Origin: Desulfosudaceae bacterium
GTDB taxonomy: Bacteria > Desulfobacterota > Desulfobacteria > Desulfobacterales > Desulfosudaceae
NCBI GenBank assembly: GCA_963674745.2
Contig: CAXXDV010000001.1
Coordinates: forward strand, 192,001 to 256,000
Length of the DNA: 64,000 bases
Reading direction: 5' to 3'
The position numbers and the translations under genes were made by a program. The notes beneath the pieces are model-generated. The model made no database searches. It saw only the letters and a list, made by a program, of their open reading frames with translations, and was not told where the DNA came from. How positions within the stretch are numbered: position 1 is the stretch's first letter; each line of letters opens with the position of its first letter. Positions 19,813-29,406 of the stretch are shown piece by piece.

Positions 19813-21903
19813 TCATTTATTTTTCCTGGATGCCGGATCGGGGTCCGGCATGACGAAGGAAAGGGTGTTGTTGGACCCCGGCTCACGTTTCGCTTCGCTC
19901 CACTGGCCGGGATGACGATGGAAAGAGCATTGGATTCCCGGTGGGCGGAGGGGTTCGTTGTCTGCTGGTTTGCGGGTGTAAAAAGTCATGAAATTTCCGT
20001 AGAAAGGGGGTGATGTTTTCTGTTTGTCGAACAGGCGGAGCAGATTTTCTTTTGTGAAATGGCGTGTGTTAAAATAGGGAAAATCCACTTTTTCAATGAT
20101 AAAACCCTCATCCCGAAGAAGGCGATACATGGATTCCTGCGTAAAAAGGCTGACATGGGTTTGATCATGGAGCAGCCGATAGCGTTTTCCAAAAAGACGG
20201 GCACAGCCGCTGTCAAAATCCGGGGTGCCCAAGATCATCCAGCCGTTCGGGCGCATTACACGACGGACTTCACGCAGGGTGGAAAACGGATCATCGAGAT
20301 GCTCGATAACGTGATGAAACACTATGGCATCAAAATGGTCGGAAGGGTAAGCGGCATCTTTGAGTTTGCCACAGAATATACGGCCATGGGCTGTGGCATG
20401 TTCCGCGGCAAAGGCTGACACTTCGGTTCCGTAGCGTTCCCATTTGGAGTCCAGAGCGGAAAGAAGGAACCCGGGTCCGCAGCCTACATCCAATATTCTT
20501 CCACCCGGCAGGTTGTTTAAAAATCTTAATTCTGAAGGAATGTCTGCCAGGGACCGATCCCGCTCCTGGAGGCGGTCTCTTTTCACCCCGTCGGGATCTT
20601 CTATTTTACCCCAGTAAGATTCTTCGTAGTCCGGTAGGCTCGTGGGTACGCGGCGGACAAAGTAGATGCCCTCGCCTTCATATTCAATTTTATCCGCTTG
20701 GCTTTTAGCCTTTATAAACGCATCACAACATTCCCGGACGGCGCCATGGCCGCCACGGAAGCAGAGCACCCAGGCGGCAAGAGGGGCAAGGGAGGGATCA
20801 GCGTCAGCGACAAGAATGGGGATTCCGGCCCAGCACAGAGCTTCCCGGTCATTGGTATCATTGCCGACAAACGCAACCGACGCACGATCGATATTCATTG
20901 AATCAGATAGTTTAGAAAGGGCGACAGCTTTGTTACTCGCACCGGTAATGCAGGCAATATCCAACTTACGGCAACGGGCTTCCACGACCGCATTCATTTC
21001 GGTTGAGACCACGGCAACACGGATGCCTGTTTGTCTTCTGAGTTGCGTCAATCCCCAGCTATCAGACCGGCTGCAACAGACGCTTTCGTGACCATCGTCA
21101 TTTACCCAGACATGATTGTCGGTAAGCACACCGTCAAAGTCCAGGGCCAGCAGCTGGACACGGCGTAGTGTGCTTTGCGGGGGAACGCGGGGCTGAAGTA
21201 GCGCCGGGGGCGAGGTGTTTTGTATTTCCGGCATCATGAGTTTTTCAAGGAACCGCAGGTCTTCGATGGTGTCTATTTGAAAGGAGCGTTCCAGCGGCAT
21301 AGGGTAAATGCCGATGCGGTTGCCCATGCGGGCACCGGTTTGCTTTAAAACAAATGGCTTGAATACGTAAATACTGCCGTTTTCCAAGTATTCGGAAGGG
21401 TTATCCTGACGTCGGGGTCGGTTGGCCGGGTCAAAATTCAAGGGACGGGCACAGCCGGTTTCATCCTGTTGCCAGCGGCCGATAAAATGGCCTTCAAATC
21501 CGGAAAACACACTGTCGTAATTGTTGCTTAATAGGAGATTCACTGCACCGTCAATATCCGAGGCCAAGCGATAAGGAGAGGTGGCCTGAAGAAAAACAAC
21601 CAGGTCCGGGTTATATTGTTCGTTTTGCGCCAGCTTGTCCAGCACGTGCAGGAGAGCGGATTCGGATGAGGCAGTATCGGTGGCCAGTTCCGGTGGTCGG
21701 TGGACAATTTTAGCGCCGTATGATTCGGCCACGGCGGCGATTTCGTTGTCATCCGTGGAGACGATCACGCGGGTGACTGCATCTGATGCCAGGGCGGTTT
21801 CGATGCTCCAGGCGATCAGGGGTTTGCCGGCAATGGGGTGTAGATTTTTGCGCGGGATGCCTTTGGAGCCGCCGCGGGCGGGGATGATGCAGAGGGTGTT
21901 CAT
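19813..21903 (-). CDS. Fusion: acylneuraminate cytidylyltransferase + KdsC-type HAD phosphatase + class I methyltransferase
   Basis: IIPARGGSKGIPRKN...LQATSP; LDFDGVLTDN...GNDTND; LDVGCGPG...HVIEHL. Confidence 0.85.
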   Translation of the reverse strand: MNTLCIIPARGGSKGIPRKNLHPIAGKPLIAWSIETALASDAVTRVIVSTDDNEIAAVAESYGAKIVHRPPELATDTASSESALLHVLDKLAQNEQYNPDLVVFLQATSPYRLASDIDGAVNLLLSNNYDSVFSGFEGHFIGRWQQDETGCARPLNFDPANRPRRQDNPSEYLENGSIYVFKPFVLKQTGARMGNRIGIYPMPLERSFQIDTIEDLRFLEKLMMPEIQNTSPPALLQPRVPPQSTLRRVQLLALDFDGVLTDNHVWVNDDGHESVCCSRSDSWGLTQLRRQTGIRVAVVSTEMNAVVEARCRKLDIACITGASNKAVALSKLSDSMNIDRASVAFVGNDTNDREALCWAGIPILVADADPSLAPLAAWVLCFRGGHGAVRECCDAFIKAKSQADKIEYEGEGIYFVRRVPTSLPDYEESYWGKIEDPDGVKRDRLQERDRSLADIPSELRFLNNLPGGRILDVGCGPGFLLSALDSKWERYGTEVSAFAAEHATAHGRIFCGKLKDAAYPSDHFDAIVFHHVIEHLDDPFSTLREVRRVMRPNGWMILGTPDFDSGCARLFGKRYRLLHDQTHVSLFTQESMYRLLRDEGFIIEKVDFPYFNTRHFTKENLLRLFDKQKTSPPFYGNFMTFYTRKPADNEPLRPPGIQCSFHRHPGQWSEAKREPGSNNTLSFVMPDPDPASRKNK
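19827..19917. repeat. Two CGTC-type REP-like palindromes inside the 3' end of the fusion gene
   Basis: TGGATGCCGGATCGGGGTCCGGCATGACG and TGGACCCCGG...CCGGGATGACG. Confidence 0.75.
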
Positions 21904-21908
21904 AGAAT

Positions 21909-22153
21909 GTGGTTATGTGTTTATGTGATTAAGTGTTTATGTGATCGGGGTTTGAGCCTGCTTTGCAGGAGTTTGAAAGTTTTACGTTTTAGAGTTTTAG
22001 GTTTTTAGGTGAAGGTGGTTATGTGGTTATGTGATTAGGTGGTTAGCGTCCCACCCGGGCACGGCCCGGGACCAAACCTATAAAGAACAAAGACTTACAG
22101 CCTTTTTAGCTATAAAGTGGTTATGTGATCAGGGTTTGGGCCTGCTTTGCAGG
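21909..22153. repeat. Octamer runs, one module of the second family and two CCTGCTTTGCAGG hairpins
   Basis: GTGDTTAD and NNGTTTTA units; module 22047-22116; hairpins at 21957 and 22141. Confidence 0.8.
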
Positions 22154-22296
22154 CGTTTTTAAGGCAATTGGTGGATGCGCGGTGCTTATCCACCCCACAA
22201 AAACAGAATGAAGAATTAAAAGTTGAAAATGCATTAATGCTCTATAATAGGGTGAAAATTGGAACGCATCCACCGAATCTGCCAAATTGCCGGGGG

Positions 22297-23655
22297 TCAC
22301 TTTTGATCTAATGGATAATACCCCCCTGTTTTAGGTGGACCTTGAAATTTGATTTTATTTTGGTCGCGCAGTTCTTTTAACCAGCGCTCCAATGTTCTTT
22401 GCGGCAAATTCAGGGCGGTTTTAATCTCCGTGGATTTTTTGCCGGGGTTGGTTTTAATATAATTTAAAAGATTATTTACTCCGCCATTTACTCCGCCATT
22501 TACTCCGCCATTTACTCCGCCACCTGGTACTTCACTGATTGGAAACAATGTTACCTTGAAATTATCGGCAATTGTTTCAAACACAGGTTCTGGTGATCCT
22601 GCATCTGCCATCGACTGCATCACCCGTTTAATCCCGGAACCATACTTTTCTATAATTCCGGCCTCTTTAAATATTGAGGCAATCTGTTTGTTTCTTGGAT
22701 TGGATGCCAGCCTCCCGGAAAGGATGTCCTTTATTTTCATTCCCTTGGGGAGTGGTCCCGGGTTGAAAAACTCCATTCTATTGTAAAATATTTTAATGGC
22801 CGAATCACCTTGCGCCTGATAATCTCTATGGACAATCATATTTACGATAATTTCTCTTACAGCTTCCAGTGGGTATTCCCAGACCTCATCTCTTTGGGGT
22901 TTGCCTGAAATAACAAACCTTTTGCTGATATGCTTGCGGACAAAAGCCATACACGCTTCCACTTCTGAAAAAAGGTCATTTCGAATGGTGGTGCTGTCCT
23001 TTATGATTGTTTCAGAATCAAAACGGCCTGCATCAATAGTGGAAACCATAGACGGATTATTGCAAAAAAGCAAAAAACAGCCAAAAGAAACAGCGTTCTC
23101 ACGAAGCAGTTCAAATTTTTTGAGTACGGTCAAAGGGTCATCATTTATAGGATAATCCCGGAAACGATTCGAATTCTCGATAAACTGATTCACTTTTTCC
23201 AGTGAAATGTCAGAGATGTCGTGACTTGGGTCACGCGCAAAATCCCAGCTGAGGTTAATTGTTCTCAGGTGTTCATTGGCTATTTCATTTAAATCCATCA
23301 GGTGATTGGCGTTGTGAACCCTTTTGTAATACTTGCCTTTGAAGCTTATGGGTTTAATGGGATATGAAATGACAGACAAGCTGACGACTGTTTTACCCTC
23401 ATGGACAAACGTCTCTGCATCAGGAATGATAGACGGAGATGTTGAATTTTTTATCTGGTTGATCCACTTCTGAATACTTTCCCGAGAAACCTGAACGCCT
23501 ATTACAGCCCCCTTGTCATTTATTCCGATCAAGACCGTCCCACCCCGGGTATTGGCAAAAGCACACAATGCCTCTATGGATTCTTTCCCAAAGGAAGCCT
23601 TGAACTCAAGGTGTTCGGATTCACCTTTTTGTATGAAAGGTTGAAGTTCGGTCAT
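22297..23655 (-). CDS. AlbA_2 (Schlafen-like) + HATPase_c_4 + HTH protein
   Basis: GESEHLEFK, AFANTRGG, EIIVNMIVHRDY, PRNKQIA, EKYGSGI; four GGVN repeats from a 12-bp tandem at 22474-22521. Confidence 0.8.
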   Translation of the reverse strand: MTELQPFIQKGESEHLEFKASFGKESIEALCAFANTRGGTVLIGINDKGAVIGVQVSRESIQKWINQIKNSTSPSIIPDAETFVHEGKTVVSLSVISYPIKPISFKGKYYKRVHNANHLMDLNEIANEHLRTINLSWDFARDPSHDISDISLEKVNQFIENSNRFRDYPINDDPLTVLKKFELLRENAVSFGCFLLFCNNPSMVSTIDAGRFDSETIIKDSTTIRNDLFSEVEACMAFVRKHISKRFVISGKPQRDEVWEYPLEAVREIIVNMIVHRDYQAQGDSAIKIFYNRMEFFNPGPLPKGMKIKDILSGRLASNPRNKQIASIFKEAGIIEKYGSGIKRVMQSMADAGSPEPVFETIADNFKVTLFPISEVPGGGVNGGVNGGVNGGVNNLLNYIKTNPGKKSTEIKTALNLPQRTLERWLKELRDQNKIKFQGPPKTGGYYPLDQK

Positions 23656-23872
23656 GGAGATTAAGCATTAAATTATAAGGGGTTCGAGGATTATATTCGC
23701 TTTTTTCAGCTTTTGGTGGATGCGTGGTGTTTATCCACCATATCAGGTTTTAACCTGCGTGCCTATGAGGGTCATCTATAAAATCAGCTTATCACGGGCA
23801 AGCTGTCGCTTTGCCCGTGGCACCCATTTTCGTTCTGTTTTGACCAGGAAAAAAGATTGCTGGATAATATTT

Positions 23873-23991
23873 GGAAAGGCTGAACAGGCTGTCCAATAAC
23901 CCAGAACAATCGTCATTCGAACGAAATCCGGATTCAAAAAAATTATCATATCAGTTTTATACTGGATTCCGGGTCGGAGCCCGGAATGACG
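23873..23991. repeat. REP-like element whose left part matches the 47.8-48.5 kb duplication
   Basis: AAGGCTGAACAGGCTGTCCAATAACCCAGAACAATCGTCATTCG...CTGGATTCCGGGTCGGAGCCCGGAATGACG. Confidence 0.7.
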
Positions 23992-23997
23992 AAAAGC

Positions 23998-24879
23998 CTA
24001 AGGCTCCAAGGGGGCGCGGCGGAGTTTTTCCATGACCGGGATTTCATCCGGATGGAGGCGTTTAACGCCGTCACCCAGGGCTGATTCCACGCTGCGGATG
24101 TCGCGTACCAGGCGGGCAAAGCCCTGGGGCTCTACCGAGGCGGATTGATCACTACCCCACATGGCCCGGTCCAGGGTCAGGTGGCGTTCGATCATGCAGG
24201 CGCCCAGGGTTACTGCCGCGACCGATGTTTGGAGCCCGACCTCGTGGCCGGAATAGCCGATGGGGCAATCGAATTCTGTTTGAAGCGTCTGGATGACGCG
24301 AAGGTTCAGCATTTCGACCTTTGAGGGGTAAACGCTGGTGCTGTGCGCTAGCACAAGGCGATCCGGGTCGAGCAGATCCACGGCGTGGCGGATCTGATCC
24401 ATGGTGCTCATGCCGGTGGACAGGATGATCGGCCGGCCGGTTTCTTTGAAATACCGAAGCAGGTCATCATGGGTCAGGCAGGCAGACGCGATTTTATGAC
24501 AGGGCGGATCAAAAGATTCGATAAAATCAATTGAACTTTTGTCCCAGCAGGAGGCAAACCAGAGGATACCTTTATCCCGGCAATAGGTGCCAATTTCCCG
24601 GTATTCGTCGAGACCGAATTCCAGGCCATATTTGAGTTCACCATTGGTGGTGCCAAAAGGGTTTTCCCGGGGCTTAAAAAGTTCTTCCGGGGTATATACC
24701 AGGTCAACGGTTCTTTTCTGGAATTTAACGGCCTGGCAACCGGCCTCGACTGCCGCGTCAATAAGTTTGAGGGCGGTGTCGACCTCGCCGTTGTGGTTGA
24801 TGCCAATTTCGGCAATAACAAAGCAGGGGTGCCCGGGGCCTAGTTGGTAGTTTGCGATTTGGATTGTTCGTTTGATCAT
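23998..24879 (-). CDS. neuB: NeuB-family nonulosonate synthase, short form without C-terminal SAF domain
   Basis: IAEIGINHNG, AVKFQKR, KIASA, GYSGHE, IERHLTLDRAMWGSDQ. Confidence 0.88.
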   Translation of the reverse strand: MIKRTIQIANYQLGPGHPCFVIAEIGINHNGEVDTALKLIDAAVEAGCQAVKFQKRTVDLVYTPEELFKPRENPFGTTNGELKYGLEFGLDEYREIGTYCRDKGILWFASCWDKSSIDFIESFDPPCHKIASACLTHDDLLRYFKETGRPIILSTGMSTMDQIRHAVDLLDPDRLVLAHSTSVYPSKVEMLNLRVIQTLQTEFDCPIGYSGHEVGLQTSVAAVTLGACMIERHLTLDRAMWGSDQSASVEPQGFARLVRDIRSVESALGDGVKRLHPDEIPVMEKLRRAPLEP

Positions 24880-24994
24880 AAGGTGCCTGAAGTTAAGGTT
24901 TTATGGTTTTAAAGTTTTAAGATTTAGGGTTACAAATCGAATAGTATCAATTTGATTCTGGATCCTCCGGGCAAGCCGGGGGATGACGGAGTAA

Positions 24995-25864
24995 TTAAAT
25001 TATATCCGCAAAGGTGGCTTCCATGCGGCGGAAATAGAATACGCCTGATAATAAAAACAGGAAGGCGGCCATGGCCGAGACAGCGATCATGAAGCCCGGG
25101 GCGGTATCCGTGCCCAATAGAGCCCAGCGAAACCCTTCAACAACGCCTGCCATGGGGTTTAAACCGTATAATGTGTGCCAGGGTTGTTTTAATAGACTGC
25201 TGGGATAGGCAATGGGCGTGGCAAACAACCAGAACTGCAAAATAAAGGGCAGAATATAGCGTACATCCCGATAGCGAACGCTTAAGGCCGACAGCCACAG
25301 GCCTGCTCCCAGGGCGGTGACCATGGCAAGCAGGACCAGGGCCGGGATCCAGAACACATTCCATGTCGGTACGATGCCATAGCCTACCATAAATATAAGC
25401 AGAACAAAAAACGCGATGGCCATGTCGACCAGGGCGGCAAATGTGCAAGACAGGGGTATGACCAGACGGGGGAAATATACTTTTTTGATCATACCGGCAT
25501 TACTCACCAGGCTGCTAGAGGACTGGCTTAACGCACCGGAAAAAAAATGCCAGGGCACAAGGGCGGCAAAGGAAAAAATCGGGTAAGGCAATCCATCCGA
25601 AGGCACTTTGGCCAGTCGGCCGAAGAACAGGCTGAAGACCAGCATGGTCAGCAACGGCTGCAATATGGCCCAGCCTGCCCCCAGTATGGTCTGTTTGTAT
25701 CGGACCTTGATGTCCCGACAGGTCAACAGGCGCAGGAGATCGCGATACGCCCATATATCCCGCAGGTTGATGTGCGCCCAGCCTTTTAAGGGACGGATAC
25801 GGGTTAGGGACGAGGCATAAGTATCAGGTGATGCGGCTGCGGTTATGTTTGGGTTTTTCTGCAT
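24995..25864 (-). CDS. wzm: Polysaccharide ABC exporter permease
   Basis: RDIKVRYKQTILG, IKKVYFPR, YRDVRY, LNPMAGVVEGFR. Confidence 0.9.
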   Translation of the reverse strand: MQKNPNITAAASPDTYASSLTRIRPLKGWAHINLRDIWAYRDLLRLLTCRDIKVRYKQTILGAGWAILQPLLTMLVFSLFFGRLAKVPSDGLPYPIFSFAALVPWHFFSGALSQSSSSLVSNAGMIKKVYFPRLVIPLSCTFAALVDMAIAFFVLLIFMVGYGIVPTWNVFWIPALVLLAMVTALGAGLWLSALSVRYRDVRYILPFILQFWLFATPIAYPSSLLKQPWHTLYGLNPMAGVVEGFRWALLGTDTAPGFMIAVSAMAAFLFLLSGVFYFRRMEATFADII

Positions 25865-25937
25865 TCAGGATTACAATGTGGTTATGTGATTAGGTGTTTA
25901 AGTGATTATGTGATTAAGGGTTAGAAGATTTAGCGTT

Positions 25938-27206
25938 TTATGGGTTTTGGGTTACACAGTTTGCGATGCTTTCTCCGAGTTTCAAGGCGTCATGGTGGAG
26001 TTGTTGTGATTTGTTTTTCAGATGCGCGTTTAAATCTGACCTTTTGTCCATAATGTATTTTGCTTCTGCGCCTATCTCTGATCGGCAGCTTTTTAAATAA
26101 GTGGCATCATAGGGTGTTGTACGCTGCCATTCCAGCATTTCACAGAGGCCTTGCATCTTGTGGTTGTTGACGGACAGCGGGATAAACGGGCAGCCGGCCA
26201 TTGTTCCGAAAATAACATAGTGGTAGTGGCCGGATACCAGAAAGGACGCGCCTTCAAATAGAGGCCACAGGTCGTGAAATTCATGTTCCGGGCCGAAAAA
26301 CAGGGAATCGGTTCTCTCGGCGACATCTTCTAAAAAAAGGCACCAGGGGTCCTTGGCCACAAGAACGGCCTGGAGGCCAAGGGTTGTTTTTAACTCTCTG
26401 ACCAGGGCAGTAACTTCTCCGTCCCACGCACCCCGGGGGGTGCTGACCGGAAGGCCGGAAGCAGACAAACAGAAATAGGTTTGATCGGCCAGGCCATGTT
26501 GGTGGCGCCATTGATCGACCCGGTCTTTTGGATAGTCTTCGGGGTGCAAGGCAAAAACCACGTCCGGAAAACATTGGGCGTTTGTGATGCCAAGCGACTG
26601 AAGGTTGGTCAGAGAACAGGGCTCCCGGGTAGCCACCAGGTCCAGTTTTGGAAAGGTTTCTTGTATCATGCCGGTCATGATCGGACGGACCGTATTCTGT
26701 TGACAGGTGTGGTTGACAATGCAGGCGGGTTTGTCCAGCCGGGTTCTGGTCAGCCAGAGCAGAAAAATGCCGTGACACCCTTCGGAAGTATTGCGATATA
26801 GAGAATTCTCTCCATTGTAAACAACCATGTCTGCTTTGCCGGCCAGGTTAAGGAACTCATCCGCCTGCCCGCCCACGTTGCCCTTGAGCCACTCATTCGC
26901 CCAGCAGTCAAAATCGTCCGCAACCTCGGGATAGAATTTTTCGAGTACGGTGCTACGGTTCACAACCCGACGCGTGAGTCGGCCGCGCTTTTTCTCCGGG
27001 ATTACCCATCCGCCCAGCGCAGATTTTAATCGGCGTTGATAGGAGCTTACCAGCCAGGCGTGCGATAAAGAAGTTATTTTAACATCGGGTATGCTATGTC
27101 TGATAATTTTAGCCAATGAAGGTGGGGTTGCCTGGGCGCCCCAGTTGATATGGGCAGAATTGTCATTCAGGAGAAGGATTCGAACCATTATTTTTTTGCC
27201 GGGCAC
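25938..27206 (-). CDS. Polysaccharide pyruvyl transferase family protein
   Basis: NWG near N-terminus, ATREPCS, FPDVVF, SGHYH motifs. Confidence 0.7.
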   Translation of the reverse strand: MPGKKIMVRILLLNDNSAHINWGAQATPPSLAKIIRHSIPDVKITSLSHAWLVSSYQRRLKSALGGWVIPEKKRGRLTRRVVNRSTVLEKFYPEVADDFDCWANEWLKGNVGGQADEFLNLAGKADMVVYNGENSLYRNTSEGCHGIFLLWLTRTRLDKPACIVNHTCQQNTVRPIMTGMIQETFPKLDLVATREPCSLTNLQSLGITNAQCFPDVVFALHPEDYPKDRVDQWRHQHGLADQTYFCLSASGLPVSTPRGAWDGEVTALVRELKTTLGLQAVLVAKDPWCLFLEDVAERTDSLFFGPEHEFHDLWPLFEGASFLVSGHYHYVIFGTMAGCPFIPLSVNNHKMQGLCEMLEWQRTTPYDATYLKSCRSEIGAEAKYIMDKRSDLNAHLKNKSQQLHHDALKLGESIANCVTQNP

Positions 27207-27213
27207 ATAGCCC

Positions 27214-28194
27214 TTAAAGATTTATATCGTGATAAGCCGTCATATCACATCTGGCACAAACCGGCAGTGACGACAGGTCCTTTGCTTCGTGCAATTGACG
27301 AATTCTTCTCAGGCCGGAATCATGCAGCCAGTAATCAGAAATATTTACGTGGCACACGTTACCCATATTGAAATTTCCTTCCATCGTATCCATACAACAA
27401 AGGGTAATCTGTCCATCCCAGAGGATCTGTACCTGTTGCCAAAGAAGAGGGCAAGGCTTGTATATTGAGGGGGTTGGAATCATTGTGTCATCTCTTGTTC
27501 CACCCCAATTATGAACAGGTGTGACACGGACTTCATCAACAACGCCCTGCCATTTTTCCTTTATACGCCTGGCAAGCGGCAGATTGTTGTCATAAAGAGT
27601 GGCTTTAAGCGTAACCCTGCAGTGACTGCCTTTTGCCTTATTGATTTCACAAAAATGGGAAAAATTCGAAACAACCTGATCATAGGCGTCTTTTCCGTTG
27701 AGACGCTGATATTCGGTTGGATCATCCGTATCAAGACTGGCTTTAAGTCTTGTAAGCCCGGCATCCAGAAGTTTTTCAGAAAGATCAGGTTTCAGGGCGA
27801 CACCATTGGTAGCAAAACCGATAACCCCGACATTGGGAACATTACGTGCCGCTTTTACATAATCGACCAGTCGTGAATGGAGGGTTGGCTCTCCGGACCC
27901 GCTGAGGGCGATCTCAGCAGGAACACCTGCTGACGCTATATCTCGCAGTATTTTTTCAAAAAGGTCATCGTCAATAAAACCCCTTGTACGTGTTGTGTTT
28001 ACAAGGGGACATTTAGCGCACTTAAGATTGCAATTATTGGTGAGTTCTATGGCCACCATGGAGGGAAGCGGAAAAGAACCAGGCCTTTTCAGGCGATCTT
28101 GTTTATGCCTGCCACGCAAATAAGTGATTGCAAGACGAGTACCCGGAATCTGTTTTATTCGCTTACGCATCAGATCTGTTAACTGATATGCCAT
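27214..28194 (-). CDS. Radical SAM protein with SPASM/twitch domain
   Basis: CNLKCAKC, SGSGEPTL, C-terminal CPLLW...DGQITLCC...CARC. Confidence 0.88.
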   Translation of the reverse strand: MAYQLTDLMRKRIKQIPGTRLAITYLRGRHKQDRLKRPGSFPLPSMVAIELTNNCNLKCAKCPLVNTTRTRGFIDDDLFEKILRDIASAGVPAEIALSGSGEPTLHSRLVDYVKAARNVPNVGVIGFATNGVALKPDLSEKLLDAGLTRLKASLDTDDPTEYQRLNGKDAYDQVVSNFSHFCEINKAKGSHCRVTLKATLYDNNLPLARRIKEKWQGVVDEVRVTPVHNWGGTRDDTMIPTPSIYKPCPLLWQQVQILWDGQITLCCMDTMEGNFNMGNVCHVNISDYWLHDSGLRRIRQLHEAKDLSSLPVCARCDMTAYHDINL

Positions 28195-28202
28195 CTAACA
28201 GT

Positions 28203-29393
28203 TTAATCCTTTAACATGCCAAGCATTTTCTTTGTTCGTCGTTTAAAAAATCGATACGTTCTTAAAAAAATACTGGGGTCTTCCGCCTTTCTCTGTGCTG
28301 CCAGTCGTTGTGCCAAAACACGCGACCATTGTCCAGTCGTCCCATGATCCGCAGCCAACGACAACAAAGCTTCGTATCGCACGCGCCTTCGCTCCTTATC
28401 ACCCATTCGTAACTGTCTGATCTGCTGGAGAGAAATATCGTGCTCAAAACAAGGAGGTCGCTCGAGCCCAAGAGCCCTGAATGTCAGGATATTACGCATG
28501 CACTTTTCACAGTTGCAACAATTCCGATCCTTTTGCAGACCCTCCCAACATACTCGCAAATCCGCCAATAATTCCGGAGAACCGGATATAGCCAGAATCT
28601 TATCTGCTCTTGTAAATGCAGCACCATCGGGTATTATCTTAAAATTATCGCTGGAAAGCAGAGGGTCCGTTAATGCGTTAACACCTTCGATAATCTTCAG
28701 GACATCACCATAGGTAACAGTCTGTCCGATTAAGCCTTCCGAAAAGCCCCTGCTAAAAAGGTGCAAACAAGAGGCTATAGCAGCGCCATGGCTGTGGGGC
28801 CAGTCTCCAATTATTTCTCGATAATTCGTAGAAACAGTGAACAACTCGACCCCGAGATTTGACAGTATGCGCCGGGAACGATCTGTCGCTCGTGCAAAGC
28901 CCTGGGGATCATCTAAAGGGATATCAAAACCCTGAACCATTACTGCCGCTGTGAGATTTCTAGGAAAGCGTTCGTAGCCGGCACGTGTGTGTCGAAACGC
29001 CGTAAAGCATGAATCAACGCCGCCTGAAAAAGTCATTATTGCCTTATTGCTTGTACTGTTGATCGAGTCTTCCTGTTCATGATCGGCATAAATGGAAACT
29101 TTTTTATATTTTGGACGCATAACAGACCATGCCGACTGGAATTCGCAGAGATTGCGCAACAATGATGGTGAGACCTGTCCATGGATACGAACGTCAAGAC
29201 CGGTTTCCATCATCAAAAAAACAGCCCCAACAGCAAAATGATCGCTGGAAGTTGCAAGGTGATCTTGAAATTTTTCAGGAACCGTGTATCTAAGGGTTTT
29301 TCTGTCCGCACCAGGAGTTTCAATCACCGCTGAGAGCAGGACTGAACCTTCCTGCGTTAAAGGTTCCTGTGGCCAGATATGCAATGTGTCCAT
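28203..29393 (-). CDS. PP-loop (QueC-like) ATP pyrophosphatase-fold protein of unknown function
   Basis: FSGGVDS PP-loop; C-terminal RVCW...NCCNCEKC Cys cluster; start set at ATG 29393. Confidence 0.6.
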   Translation of the reverse strand: MDTLHIWPQEPLTQEGSVLLSAVIETPGADRKTLRYTVPEKFQDHLATSSDHFAVGAVFLMMETGLDVRIHGQVSPSLLRNLCEFQSAWSVMRPKYKKVSIYADHEQEDSINSTSNKAIMTFSGGVDSCFTAFRHTRAGYERFPRNLTAAVMVQGFDIPLDDPQGFARATDRSRRILSNLGVELFTVSTNYREIIGDWPHSHGAAIASCLHLFSRGFSEGLIGQTVTYGDVLKIIEGVNALTDPLLSSDNFKIIPDGAAFTRADKILAISGSPELLADLRVCWEGLQKDRNCCNCEKCMRNILTFRALGLERPPCFEHDISLQQIRQLRMGDKERRRVRYEALLSLAADHGTTGQWSRVLAQRLAAQRKAEDPSIFLRTYRFFKRRTKKMLGMLKD

Positions 29394-29406
29394 GCTATGT
29401 TCTTTA

